A stretch of DNA of 64,000 nt from an uncultured Elusimicrobia bacterium (GCA_963702895.1 OY969767.1:2528001-2592000); one strand, 5' to 3'; shown: positions 1 through 8,821, counted from the first letter of the stretch. Numbers and translations are program-made. The notes: generated by a model not told the origin, from the sequence alone.

Positions 1-22
1 TCGATCAGCTTCTTGGGGTATT

Positions 23-3000
23 TCATTCGCGTGTCGCCATCTTCAATAGTGCCTTGATCTCGTAATTCATGCTTTCTACTCCGAAAGGGGCTTCATCCTT
101 GAACGCGCCGCGAACGTAGAATGGGCCTTCCGTTCGTTCTCCGTCCACCAGAACGATGGCGAGCGCAAATCGGTCCGGCTGGTTGAACCCGGTCAGAATC
201 TCGTTCTTCGTGACCGTTACGGTTTGCGCGTCCTTGGCGCGGCCTTTAACCTCAACAAACTTCAAGTCACCGCTTTTCAATTTGGAAGTGATGTCCCAGC
301 CGCATTTCTGTTTGGAAACGTCTTGAGGAGTGTTGTTCAGCGATAGTTCATGGCGCATGACCGCTTCCATCGCCATCCGTTCGATCTTCTCGCGGACGGC
401 AGGGTCCTGCGTCATCAGATCACCAGACCCCATTTTCTGGCGCAAGAGGCCCGCCGGAATGACCAGAGCGCCGCCCACCACACGCGGAGTGGCAGATATG
501 ACGTGGCGACGGGCTTCCAAGTCGGTTTGCCGTTCTTTGAGCCTCTGGTCCAGCTCCTCAGCCCGTTTGCGGGCATTGTCTGGTTGAAGGCGGGGTTGCT
601 TGCCCAAAGAAACCTGTTCCTGCAACTGGGCGGCACGCTTCTGCCAGTATGTGATTTCCTTGACCAAGCGCTCCTGAACGGCCTGCAAGGTCGCATCAAT
701 TAGCCGCTCTTGCCTCGATTGGACCTCACGGAGGTGCTCTGGCACTATGGTTTGCGCGGCATGGGCAATAATCAATGGCTCAAGGTCTTTGTGTAGCCAT
801 TGCTCTTGCAAAATGTCCTTGATGTGCTCACGTTCCTCATCCTTGAGCGGTCGATAATCCAGATAGGGGGCATAGCCACCTTGCGCCACTTGCCCCTTCC
901 GATCCACCTGCACAAACTGCAATCGCTCAGAAATCGGTCTTTGCTTCCCGTGTCGGTCCACCGCCCCATCACGAATCTGGTGTTCAAGGATAAACATGAC
1001 TCTCGGCTCCACTCCATCGTCGGCGCTGTCCACCAGAACGGTTCCGCGTTTAAGCAGGTCGCGGTACTTCTCGACAACGAGATCGAGTACTGAATCCATT
1101 AAGGGATGACCGGGGCATATTAAAACGGCTGGGGGCTTGCCGTTTTGTCGTATCTTGCTTTTCTCAAAACAGATACGTTCGTACTTTGGCGTAACCGGAT
1201 GCCCGCGTCCGATGACTTTGTCTCTATTGCGGATTACTGATGGGACGTGGGTGATCTCATAGCGACCTGATTCGCGTTGATGGATCTGCCCACCAAAGCA
1301 GGAAAATCCTTCGAGGAAGAATGCGCGGATAAAGTGTGGTTGGAGTTTCCGGGCTTCGGCCTTTTCCATATCGTCTTTGAGTGCGAAGACTTTGCTCGAA
1401 TCCATGTGCTCGGTTGCCAATGCGACGCGATCCATAATATCGCGCAACCGTTCCCGGTCAAGTGCCCCTTCGACCTTCTGATGCAGTCTGGCCTTGGCTT
1501 CCGGTGTTTCTCCTTCCCGGATGGCCTCGATAAGCAACTCGCGTAATGCAACTCCGCTAAAGACTTCACCCAGAATGTCGAATACACGGCCACCAAGCGC
1601 CTGCCGCTCGATATCGAGCTTCTGCAATAGCCTCTCGAACACATCGCCTTCGCGTGTTTCCTTCGCCACCATGTTCCAGCAATGACAGATTTCTTCCTGC
1701 CCGATGCGATGGATGCGGCCAAAACGCTGTTCGAGACGGTTGGCGTTCCACGGAAGGTCATAATTTATCAGCAGGTTGGCCCGTTGAAGATTGATACCTT
1801 CACCTGCCGCATCGGTGGCGACAAGGATCAAAACGTCTTTCTGGTTTGTGAACATCTCTTGGGTTTTGCGCCTCTCATCCCGATTCATGCCGCCATGAAT
1901 CGTCACAACCGCATCGTCGTTACCCATCAAGCCTTTGATCTTGTCCACCAGATAGCGCAGAGTATCTCGATGCTCGGTAAAAACGATCAGCTTGCGGCGG
2001 TTGCCGAACGAATCCTTCATCTCCGGGGTGTCTTGGAGCAGGCGGGAGAGTTCTTCCCATTTTTTATCCTCTCCCGATACTCGGACTTGATGTGCCTGCT
2101 TTTCCAGCCTCTTTAGGCTCTCGATCTCTCCTCCCAGCTCCGTGATGGTCTGAGCCGCTGTCGCCTGATCGACGACCTTTTCTTCGAGCGCCTCGACCTC
2201 AGAGTCCGGCGCGTCATCCAGAAAGTCGGCTATATCTTCTTCGGAGAAAGCCGGAAGATCAGGCTTTGCTACTGGGACGGTCTGCCCGCGTTTGCTGGAT
2301 AGCTCCTCTAACCGACCCTCCAAATTCTTGCGACGACGTTCGAGAGAGCGGAAGATCGCCTCCGGGGAAGATGCCAGTCGCCGTTGAAGCGTAGTCAATG
2401 CAAACCCGACCGTACCTCGACGATTGGTATCGAGTTTGTCGGCGCGGTCCATTTCGCCACGGACGTAGCTGGTCACCGCCTCATAAAGAGCCGATTCCTG
2501 TGCTGAGAGCTTGTAATTGGCCGTGTAGGCTTTGCGTTCCGGGAAAAGGGGTGTTCCTTCGAATGTGAGTAGCTCCTCCTTAATCATGCGACGCATCAGG
2601 TTAGTCACATCAGGTTGAACGTCTTTCTCTCTCGGTTTCCCGTAGAAACGATCTGGGTCCAAGAGAGCCATGAACAGATGGAAGTCCTCCGGCTTGCCGT
2701 TGTGCGGTGTGGCTGTCATCAGCAAGAGATGGCGTGTGATCCGGTCAAGCAATTTGCCGAGGTTGTACCGCTTCGTCGCCTTGATCTCGTTGCCGTAATA
2801 GGTCGCGGACATCTTGTGTGCTTCATCAACCACGATCAGGTCCCAGTCACTGTGGCTGAGACGAGCTTCTAATTCTTCGTCGCGGCTTAGTTGATCCAGA
2901 CGGCAGATTAGAAGGCTGTAACGCGGATCAGCGAAGATTTCTCCGGCGTGGCTGGAATTGTCCAGTTCCCGGCCAAAGATGTCGAAGACAAGGCCGAACT

Positions 3001-3517
3001 TCTCCTCAAGCTCATCCTGCCATTGTTCGACAAGCATCCCCGGCGCGATGATGAGACATCGCTTCACGTCTCCCCGGAGCATCAATTCCCGGATGAACAG
3101 CCCAGCCATGATGGTTTTGCCCGCGCCGGGGTCATCGGCTAAAAGGAATCGCAGGGGTTGTTTGGGAAGCATGGCATCATAGACAGCGGTAATCTGATGC
3201 GGCAAAGCCCGTACGTTGCTGGTATGAATCGCCATCAGTGGGTCAAACAGGTGGGCAAGCTGAATCCGTTGGGCTTCGGCGACAAGCCGGAAAGTCTGAC
3301 CATCCCCGTCAAAGGTCCACGGTCGACCTCCCATGGCGACAGAAAGCTTGTCCTCGTCCTGTCGGAACAGCATCCTCTCGCCCGTTCCACCAGCATCGTC
3401 ACGGTAGAACACACTGACCGCGTCGGTCCCGACCGGATTGACAGCAACGACCTTAGCCGCTTGATGCGGCAGAATCCCCCAGACAAGGGTTTCAGGTTTC
3501 AGTTCTTCGAGTTTCAT
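23..3517 (-). CDS. SNF2/RapA-like helicase with C-terminal DUF3883 (NOV_C-like) nuclease domain, typical of DUF499/DUF1156 restriction-like loci
   Basis: Walker A LLADDPGAGKT, DEAH box, TATPH, helicase-C QRFGRIHRIGQ, C-terminal GWDITS...FVEVKGR motif. Confidence 0.85.
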   Translation of the reverse strand: MKLEELKPETLVWGILPHQAAKVVAVNPVGTDAVSVFYRDDAGGTGERMLFRQDEDKLSVAMGGRPWTFDGDGQTFRLVAEAQRIQLAHLFDPLMAIHTSNVRALPHQITAVYDAMLPKQPLRFLLADDPGAGKTIMAGLFIRELMLRGDVKRCLIIAPGMLVEQWQDELEEKFGLVFDIFGRELDNSSHAGEIFADPRYSLLICRLDQLSRDEELEARLSHSDWDLIVVDEAHKMSATYYGNEIKATKRYNLGKLLDRITRHLLLMTATPHNGKPEDFHLFMALLDPDRFYGKPREKDVQPDVTNLMRRMIKEELLTFEGTPLFPERKAYTANYKLSAQESALYEAVTSYVRGEMDRADKLDTNRRGTVGFALTTLQRRLASSPEAIFRSLERRRKNLEGRLEELSSKRGQTVPVAKPDLPAFSEEDIADFLDDAPDSEVEALEEKVVDQATAAQTITELGGEIESLKRLEKQAHQVRVSGEDKKWEELSRLLQDTPEMKDSFGNRRKLIVFTEHRDTLRYLVDKIKGLMGNDDAVVTIHGGMNRDERRKTQEMFTNQKDVLILVATDAAGEGINLQRANLLINYDLPWNANRLEQRFGRIHRIGQEEICHCWNMVAKETREGDVFERLLQKLDIERQALGGRVFDILGEVFSGVALRELLIEAIREGETPEAKARLHQKVEGALDRERLRDIMDRVALATEHMDSSKVFALKDDMEKAEARKLQPHFIRAFFLEGFSCFGGQIHQRESGRYEITHVPSVIRNRDKVIGRGHPVTPKYERICFEKSKIRQNGKPPAVLICPGHPLMDSVLDLVVEKYRDLLKRGTVLVDSADDGVEPRVMFILEHQIRDGAVDRHGKQRPISERLQFVQVDRKGQVAQGGYAPYLDYRPLKDEEREHIKDILQEQWLHKDLEPLIIAHAAQTIVPEHLREVQSRQERLIDATLQAVQERLVKEITYWQKRAAQLQEQVSLGKQPRLQPDNARKRAEELDQRLKERQTDLEARRHVISATPRVVGGALVIPAGLLRQKMGSGDLMTQDPAVREKIERMAMEAVMRHELSLNNTPQDVSKQKCGWDITSKLKSGDLKFVEVKGRAKDAQTVTVTKNEILTGFNQPDRFALAIVLVDGERTEGPFYVRGAFKDEAPFGVESMNYEIKALLKMATRE

Positions 3518-3519
3518 TC

Positions 3520-3615
3520 AAAAAAAGACGAGGTCCCGGAAACCATTGGGTGGCAAAACCGGGACCTCAAAAACATAGAAATGGCGTTATCCTGCCAGCG
3601 TCCCAATGGTTTTTT
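3520..3615 (-). promoter_or_regulatory. Putative terminator/antiterminator leader upstream of the helicase
   Basis: 10-bp stem GAGGTCCCGG/CCGGGACCTC followed by GTCTTTTTT just before the ATG; upstream AAACCATTGGG...TGGCA is complementary to the loop. Confidence 0.45.
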
Positions 3616-3661
3616 CATTCACGCTCCCGCTCAGTTCAGCATGTGTAGAGCACACCTGTTT

Positions 3662-4270
3662 TCACAATTGAGTTTCTTTTCTAGCTGAATGTAACAATCC
3701 CAGATGACTCAAGGCTGTTTCAACTGCTTCCGTGGCTTCTGATGCAGAGCAACAGAAGACTTCTCCAAATGGAGCTTGCTTATCGTGACGCTCCGCTAAG
3801 ATTTTATGCGTTAGGTATTCAACCTTCTCGACACCTTCCGTATAAAAAGCGGCCATAAATTGCCACTCTCCCACTGGTCGAGGGTAGTGACGATACCTTT
3901 CTATTCGCTTTTCAAGAGTATTCACTATCCGAACGGCTGAATTTCTTTCACTACCGGAAAGTTGGCCGAGACGACTAATAATATTCTCTCGATAGGACTC
4001 AGCAAGCGCCACATCTTTTTCAAGGGGTAACGCGTTGCCCCCCGAACAACCTCTGCCACTTTTAACATGTTGAGGAACAAGCCCCATGATGTTAAGTAAA
4101 CGACCGCCACAAACCTGACAAGTGACCTTTCGCTCTAGCCACATATCATTGAAAGTTCGAAGCCGATCCGCTACATCATTAACTCCAATAGCAGTCATTC
4201 CGATTTTCACGCGCTGAACTGCGGAGTTTTCAAAAATATATACAGCACCGTGGTAGAGAAAATCGCGCAT
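3662..4270 (-). CDS. GIY-YIG / T5orf172-like nuclease family protein
   Basis: GAVYIFEN...VKIGMT...DRL N-terminus, VEYLTHKIL...GEVF C-terminus, CQVC insert. Confidence 0.7.
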   Translation of the reverse strand: MRDFLYHGAVYIFENSAVQRVKIGMTAIGVNDVADRLRTFNDMWLERKVTCQVCGGRLLNIMGLVPQHVKSGRGCSGGNALPLEKDVALAESYRENIISRLGQLSGSERNSAVRIVNTLEKRIERYRHYPRPVGEWQFMAAFYTEGVEKVEYLTHKILAERHDKQAPFGEVFCCSASEATEAVETALSHLGLLHSARKETQL

Positions 4271-4322
4271 TTAACGTTAAGCTATCCCGAGTGACAACAT
4301 AGCGATTCCGCCAACAAAAGAA

Positions 4323-4412
4323 TGGCGGAGGGTGAGGGATTCGAACCCCCGATAAGCTTTCGCCTATAACGCTTTTCAAGAGCGTCGCCTTCAACCGCTC
4401 GGCCAACCCTCC
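4323..4412 (-). tRNA. tRNA-Ser(TGA), intact, CCA encoded
   Basis: GGAGGGTTGGCCGAGCGG...ACGCT CTTGAAA AGCGT, long variable arm, GGTTCGAATCC, ends CCCTCCGCCA. Confidence 0.95.
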
Positions 4413-4425
4413 AAATCTATTCGAC

Positions 4426-5178
4426 TCAGGTCGCATGGGCGACATTTCGCCATGCCCCATCTTTCAACTGCACATAATGCATAACGATCTGTTCAGTTGC
4501 GTTTTGAATGTCTATGGTCAGATCAAAAATATCCTTCCATAAATCATCAATTTTCATTTCGGTTAAATCTCCGAGGACCTGCTGTGCCGCGCCATCCGCA
4601 AAATGGTATCTGGTCGAACCAGCCGTGGCTCCCCTTGATATATAGGGCGTTCTCTTCTCCTCTGGTTCAACTAAATCAAAACGATTCCTAAAGCCTCTCA
4701 ATAACTCGGCGGGGTCGTAATGGAAAGTGACTTTATTTCGAATTCGTAACAGGACCTTATATGTCCTGCTGTTGGCCTTCCCACCAACAGCGAACGCGAC
4801 AAATTCTTTCCACTTGGCTCGCGCTCGCTTATTCATTTTGTCTACTATCTTTTTCATGAGCGGATGTTTCAGCGCATTTTCGTTGTCGACAATGTAGTCA
4901 ACGACGCTAAAGATCAGGCTAATATATTGACGCTGTAGGTGATAAATCAGGCCCCCATATTCACCCCATTCGGGAGTCGCCGCCCACTCGCCCTTAGGTG
5001 TCTGCTTTTTCAAAGTCTCCCATGCCGCCGCAACATCAGCTAAGTCATTATGGGCCAGAGCAAAACTAAGCACCAAACCAGCGACCCCGCTCTCATCTGG
5101 ATCAATCTTCGTAAAGACCTGAGCACTAAAACTCTCCAAGTCGGCCAGCTTGAATTCTCTGATTTCACCGATGCTCAC
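4426..5178 (-). CDS. Hypothetical protein, probable HEPN-fold RNase
   Basis: 250 aa, helical character, RNKVTFH matches the Rx4-6H HEPN motif. Confidence 0.5.
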   Translation of the reverse strand: MSIGEIREFKLADLESFSAQVFTKIDPDESGVAGLVLSFALAHNDLADVAAAWETLKKQTPKGEWAATPEWGEYGGLIYHLQRQYISLIFSVVDYIVDNENALKHPLMKKIVDKMNKRARAKWKEFVAFAVGGKANSRTYKVLLRIRNKVTFHYDPAELLRGFRNRFDLVEPEEKRTPYISRGATAGSTRYHFADGAAQQVLGDLTEMKIDDLWKDIFDLTIDIQNATEQIVMHYVQLKDGAWRNVAHAT

Positions 5179-5294
5179 ATTTACAACTCCCTACGGCCTC
5201 ATTTACAACCTGCCCATAAAAACAGGGCTATCTCTGTCATCCATCGTATCACTCGCTCCGTCGAACAGGTGCGGTAGGTTGGCCGGTTTATTGG

Positions 5295-5334
5295 TTTTCA
5301 AGACAGGCTCCTTAAGCCGCTCGGACATCCCTCC
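5295..5334 (-). pseudogene. tRNA-Ser(TGA) 5' half relic
   Basis: GGAGGGATGTCCGAGCGGCTTAAGGAGCCTGTCTTGAAAA, then non-tRNA sequence. Confidence 0.85.
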
Positions 5335-5360
5335 GCTGCCAATCCTTCCCTTGCGCAACG

Positions 5361-5378
5361 CCACTCTCCCAACCCTCC
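5361..5378 (-). pseudogene. tRNA-Ser 5' fragment (nt 1-18)
   Basis: GGAGGGTTGGGAGAGTGG. Confidence 0.6.
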
Positions 5379-5471
5379 GCTGATCGCTTTCCTCATTTTG
5401 TCACTACGTCCAACCTTCCTTGACTCTAACAGGTTGGGACAATCCTCCCGCTCTATCATGGCGGGAGGACG

Positions 5472-5724
5472 CCTTCGGTACCCTTACGGGCACAGCTGTT
5501 TTCCCCTCCACTACATTGTTGGAGGGCCCGCCTAAGCCGGAGTGGCGGGAAGACATCCGGATCCCTCCTGCCCATTCCTTAAGGAGGAGGACCGCGCGCC
5601 AGTTACGCATCGGCGCGAGGTAAACCTCCGCCACATCCGACACACGTCAGTCGGATCCGCCCGAAGTGTGGCGGACGACAGGCGGAGAGCGCCTGTCGTG
5701 TGGCGCTCACTCTCCCAAGCCTCC
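5472..5724 (-). pseudogene. tRNA-Ser(TGA) relic interrupted by twin-hairpin insertions
   Basis: Joining 5724-5708, 5625-5621, 5562-5550 and 5503-5472 gives GGAGGCTTGGGAGAGTGGTTTAATCCGGATGTCTTGAAAACAGCTGTGCCCGTAAGGGTACCGAAGG. Confidence 0.8.
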
Positions 5725-5739
5725 GAAACGTGGATAAGA

Positions 5740-6093
5740 TCATTTATCTGCTTTCGGTGGGGGCACGGTATGCTCAAGGCATTGGATAAGGGATGGAAGA
5801 TCCTTCATGACTGTGTCCCAAACAATCTCAAGATCAATATCATCATAGTCATGAATCAAAACGCTGCGAATACCGATCATCTGCTGCCAGGGAATATCCG
5901 CCAGAGCCGCCCGCGTCTCGGGCGAAATGCGACGAGACGCTTCCCCAATAACTTCCAGCCGCCGTATAACAGCATCCTGGCATTGCGAATCGGACAGAAA
6001 GGTTTCGTAAGAATGATGGACCAGATACTGGCGGGCTCCTCGAGCCGCGTTCAGGATATCGAGCAGATACCCCGCATCACGCGGCGGCAGCAT
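5740..6093 (-). CDS. HepT-like ribonuclease toxin (DUF86/HEPN)
   Basis: DAVIRRLEVIGEA...IPWQQMIGIRSVLIHDY. Confidence 0.9.
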   Translation of the reverse strand: MLPPRDAGYLLDILNAARGARQYLVHHSYETFLSDSQCQDAVIRRLEVIGEASRRISPETRAALADIPWQQMIGIRSVLIHDYDDIDLEIVWDTVMKDLPSLIQCLEHTVPPPKADK

Positions 6094-6394
6094 AGAGAGA
6101 CTGCGCTGTGGAGAGGATTTCAGTCCGTCGCAAATAATTGGCGCTTCGCTCCAGCCCTCGACGGCTAACCAAATCGACAGGACGCTGGAACAACCTGCTC
6201 AATTCCTCTTGCATCTGGACGAAATCGAAGAGTGTAGGGTGCGACTGTGGCTTGAATGTCACTAACAAATCGATATCGCTCGTATCGGAAAAATCCGGAC
6301 GCAAAGCAGACCCAAAAAGAAATAGTTCCTCGATTCCCTTTTGACGGCAAAACTGAGCAAGACGCTCACGATCAATGTTTATCTTCGGGCTCAT
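6077..6394 (-). CDS. Minimal nucleotidyltransferase (MNT) antitoxin
   Basis: LFGSALR...SDIDLLV...VDLVS; overlaps the DUF86 gene; start taken at MSPKIN. Confidence 0.9.
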   Translation of the reverse strand: MSPKINIDRERLAQFCRQKGIEELFLFGSALRPDFSDTSDIDLLVTFKPQSHPTLFDFVQMQEELSRLFQRPVDLVSRRGLERSANYLRRTEILSTAQSLYAAAA

Positions 6395-6555
6395 AGCTTC
6401 TAGATTATATGTCCTGTACCCACAGCTTTCCACAAAAGGTTTAGACCTTCATACGCCCGACTTTACAACAACAGGACACAAAAGTGTAAAACTCGGTACA
6501 ACTCCGTACAAGTCCTTTGAATGAAAAACTGCGCGACGTTTGGCCGTAGGGTAAC

Positions 6556-6594
6556 TTTCAAGAGCATCGCCCTATACCACTCGGCCATCCCTCC
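6556..6594 (-). pseudogene. tRNA-Ser(TGA) 5' half relic
   Basis: GGAGGGATGGCCGAGTGGTATAGGGCGATGCTCTTGAAA, then non-tRNA sequence. Confidence 0.85.
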
Positions 6595-6632
6595 TAAATC
6601 AGTATGCAGAGCATCCATCGACGCCACTGATT

Positions 6633-7190
6633 TCATTTGACGATCGGTTCATAACGGATCGTCGTTGTGCTCCATTTCACGAAATCCATTCTAATTCGGT
6701 CGACTTTCTCTCCGCCATCCAGATAATACCCTCTCGGATTCGATAACTTGCCGCCTTTAAAATCATACGTTCCACCTGCACATGTCCCTGAGTGCGAGTA
6801 TGTTACAGGAGCGCCGTTTAATTTCTCGAGTTCCTTCAGACTTGTCCCTAGCGTGATACCGTTTTGTAACTGCCATAAGCTCTTATCCCCGGAAATAGTG
6901 AATGATACGAGCATGGCATTCTCGCCCCATTTATCGATTTCGACCTCGGCTTTCTTTAATTTATCATCCGGAAAGATTACTATTCCGGGTTCTGTCTCTT
7001 CAGGACCAACTGCGGCACCAATTACGTTCTTCTTGCCTAGGCGTTCTTCTAATACGCTCACAGAGGTCTGGGCCGTAATCCATCCTGCACGTATGCCCGG
7101 CACAAGCTTCCAGTCATCCTGTTCAGCGGTACTGATCGAACAAAGAAACATCAGTATGCTGCCGATACTGGCAGTTTTACGAAGTCCCAT
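6633..7190 (-). CDS. Hypothetical secreted protein
   Basis: GGAGG RBS before MGLRKTASIG, signal-peptide-like N-terminus, GITLGTSLKELEKLNG motif. Confidence 0.6.
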   Translation of the reverse strand: MGLRKTASIGSILMFLCSISTAEQDDWKLVPGIRAGWITAQTSVSVLEERLGKKNVIGAAVGPEETEPGIVIFPDDKLKKAEVEIDKWGENAMLVSFTISGDKSLWQLQNGITLGTSLKELEKLNGAPVTYSHSGTCAGGTYDFKGGKLSNPRGYYLDGGEKVDRIRMDFVKWSTTTIRYEPIVK

Positions 7191-7556
7191 AATCCCTCCT
7201 ATTCGTGCGGTGAGACTATATGCAATTAAGCTTGCCATATAGACGACCGTTGACAACTTCATTGACGGCCACACCATCTATTTCAGGCTATGCCCGCCAA
7301 CCTCTGTCTCACTCACCCTGTCGTCCCGGTCCCCCATTTAATTTAACCGGCCGGGACGTACCGACTAAGATTCGCTCGCCGGAGGCTCGCTTCACGGTCG
7401 AACGGTACGAACAGGTGCGGCCGCCTTATCGGCCCTCCGAAGCCTTGGCGAAGGAGGGTAGGTCGCCAGACTTCCGGCGACTTCCGCCACAAGACGGGCG
7501 GACTCGACGGCTGTGTGTCGAGCACCGGACGGCTTGGCGAGTTGGCTGGTTTATTG

Positions 7557-7683
7557 GTTTTCCCACCTTCGCAACAACGCGCTGCCGCGCCGCTACGGTG
7601 GGCAAGCAAGACATCCAGATCCCTCCTTCCCATTCTTTAAGGAGGAGGGCCGCGCGCCAGTTACGCATCGGCGCGAGGTAAAC
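7557..7683 (-). pseudogene. tRNA-Ser(TGA) D-loop-to-anticodon relic with two insertions
   Basis: GTTTA|58-bp insert near-identical to 5563-5620|ATCTGGATGTCTT|45-bp insert|GAAAAC. Confidence 0.7.
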
Positions 7684-8035
7684 CTCCGCGTGATAGTCCT
7701 TTGATCTGACGATGGAGGGCAGGAATTTCATGCGCAATGACATCCCAAATGATGTGCACATCGAGCCCAAAATATTCGTGGGCAATCACATCGCGCAGTC
7801 CGGCAATTTTCCGCCAATCGACTTCCGGGTATTTATCCTTTAAGGATGGAGAGAGTCGCTTGACCGCCTCACCGATGATCATCAGATTGTGGAACACGGC
7901 CTGTGATGTCTTTGGGTCCGCGAAGAAAGCTTCTTTGGAAAAGCCTGCGGAAAACTCAAGAATCCTTTCGCAGGATTGTTGGATGTCTTTTAAGAACAGC
8001 GCGTCTTCACGCGACACGGCGGGCGTCTTCTTCAA
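7661..8035 (-). CDS. HepT-like ribonuclease toxin (DUF86/HEPN); the 3' end runs into the tRNA relic
   Basis: AVFHNLMIIGEAVK...VDWRKIAGLRDVIAHEYFG; true start may be the GTG near 8014. Confidence 0.9.
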   Translation of the reverse strand: MKKTPAVSREDALFLKDIQQSCERILEFSAGFSKEAFFADPKTSQAVFHNLMIIGEAVKRLSPSLKDKYPEVDWRKIAGLRDVIAHEYFGLDVHIIWDVIAHEIPALHRQIKGLSRGGLPRADA

Positions 8036-8318
8036 TGAAGGGCCGAATTTCAGGACGAATAGCCGGGCGAGTCAGCAGATCAACGGGGCATCCGAGCAGG
8101 TCCTCCAGATAGAACTTGAGCTTCATGTATTGGTCATAGGTCGGCGGTTTGATGAAATCCACAAGCAGATCCAGGTCACTGTCTGAGCGTTCGTCGCCGC
8201 GAGCAACGGACCCAAAGACATGAAGGGCGGCCACCCCAAAATCCTTCAGGTCTGGTTGAATGTTGTTCATGCGGCTCTTAACCTGTGCAAGATTCACAAT
8301 GGCCCCATTATACTCCAT
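8007..8318 (-). CDS. Minimal nucleotidyltransferase (MNT) antitoxin
   Basis: VFGSVARG...SDLDLLVDF...PVDLLT; start uncertain. Confidence 0.9.
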   Translation of the reverse strand: MEYNGAIVNLAQVKSRMNNIQPDLKDFGVAALHVFGSVARGDERSDSDLDLLVDFIKPPTYDQYMKLKFYLEDLLGCPVDLLTRPAIRPEIRPFIEEDARRVA

Positions 8319-8334
8319 CCCTCATCCAGCCACG

Positions 8335-8367
8335 CACTCGGTACGCCCACCACACACCCACCCCTCC
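8335..8367 (-). pseudogene. tRNA-Ser 5' fragment with a short insert remnant
   Basis: GGAGGGGTGG|16 nt|CCGAGTG. Confidence 0.5.
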
Positions 8368-8407
8368 GCTCACGACCCTTCTTGTGCGCCATGCACCGAT
8401 GCACGAC

Positions 8408-8818
8408 TTACCCTTTGATGCGGCCTGCCCAGCTTTCAACCTTGAGTGAGCTGCGATCTGCCAGCCGGTCAAAGTCTCTGTCCGCGTGCAGAAGCGTAAG
8501 CCCATTCTGTAAAGCTTTAAAGGCAATGAGAAGATCCATCGATTTCGCGGACACTCCTTTTCGTGCCAGCCGTGCCCCCCACTCCGCCGCTTCGCTCCAA
8601 TCCGTTTCTAAAAACGGCAATACCTGCAAGCTCCGCAACCGGTGCTTCAGATGCTCCGCTTCCTTGGGGGTCCGGACACCCCGAAGAATCTCAAACAGGA
8701 TGGGGGGGGTGGTCGCTGCCTGATTGTCCAGCACGAGCGAGCCCACGCGATCTTTCAACAAGTCATGCGGCTTGGGACCCAGAACAAATAACCAGGCTGA
8801 TGTGTCGATTAAGAACAA
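8408..8818 (-). CDS. vapC: VapC PIN-domain toxin
   Basis: LIDTSAW, ILFEIL, SMDLLIA, LHADRDF. Confidence 0.9.
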   Translation of the reverse strand: MFLIDTSAWLFVLGPKPHDLLKDRVGSLVLDNQAATTPPILFEILRGVRTPKEAEHLKHRLRSLQVLPFLETDWSEAAEWGARLARKGVSAKSMDLLIAFKALQNGLTLLHADRDFDRLADRSSLKVESWAGRIKG

Positions 8819-8821
8819 GTG

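Noticed and set aside
5407..5724. Functional intron-containing tRNA
   Set aside because: The T-loop and 3' acceptor strand are absent, the inserts are too short for group I/II introns, and one of them (element A) also occurs outside tRNA.
5380..7700. CRISPR array or riboswitch suggested by the repeated hairpins
   Set aside because: No regular repeat-spacer periodicity, no cas genes and no recognisable aptamer consensus.
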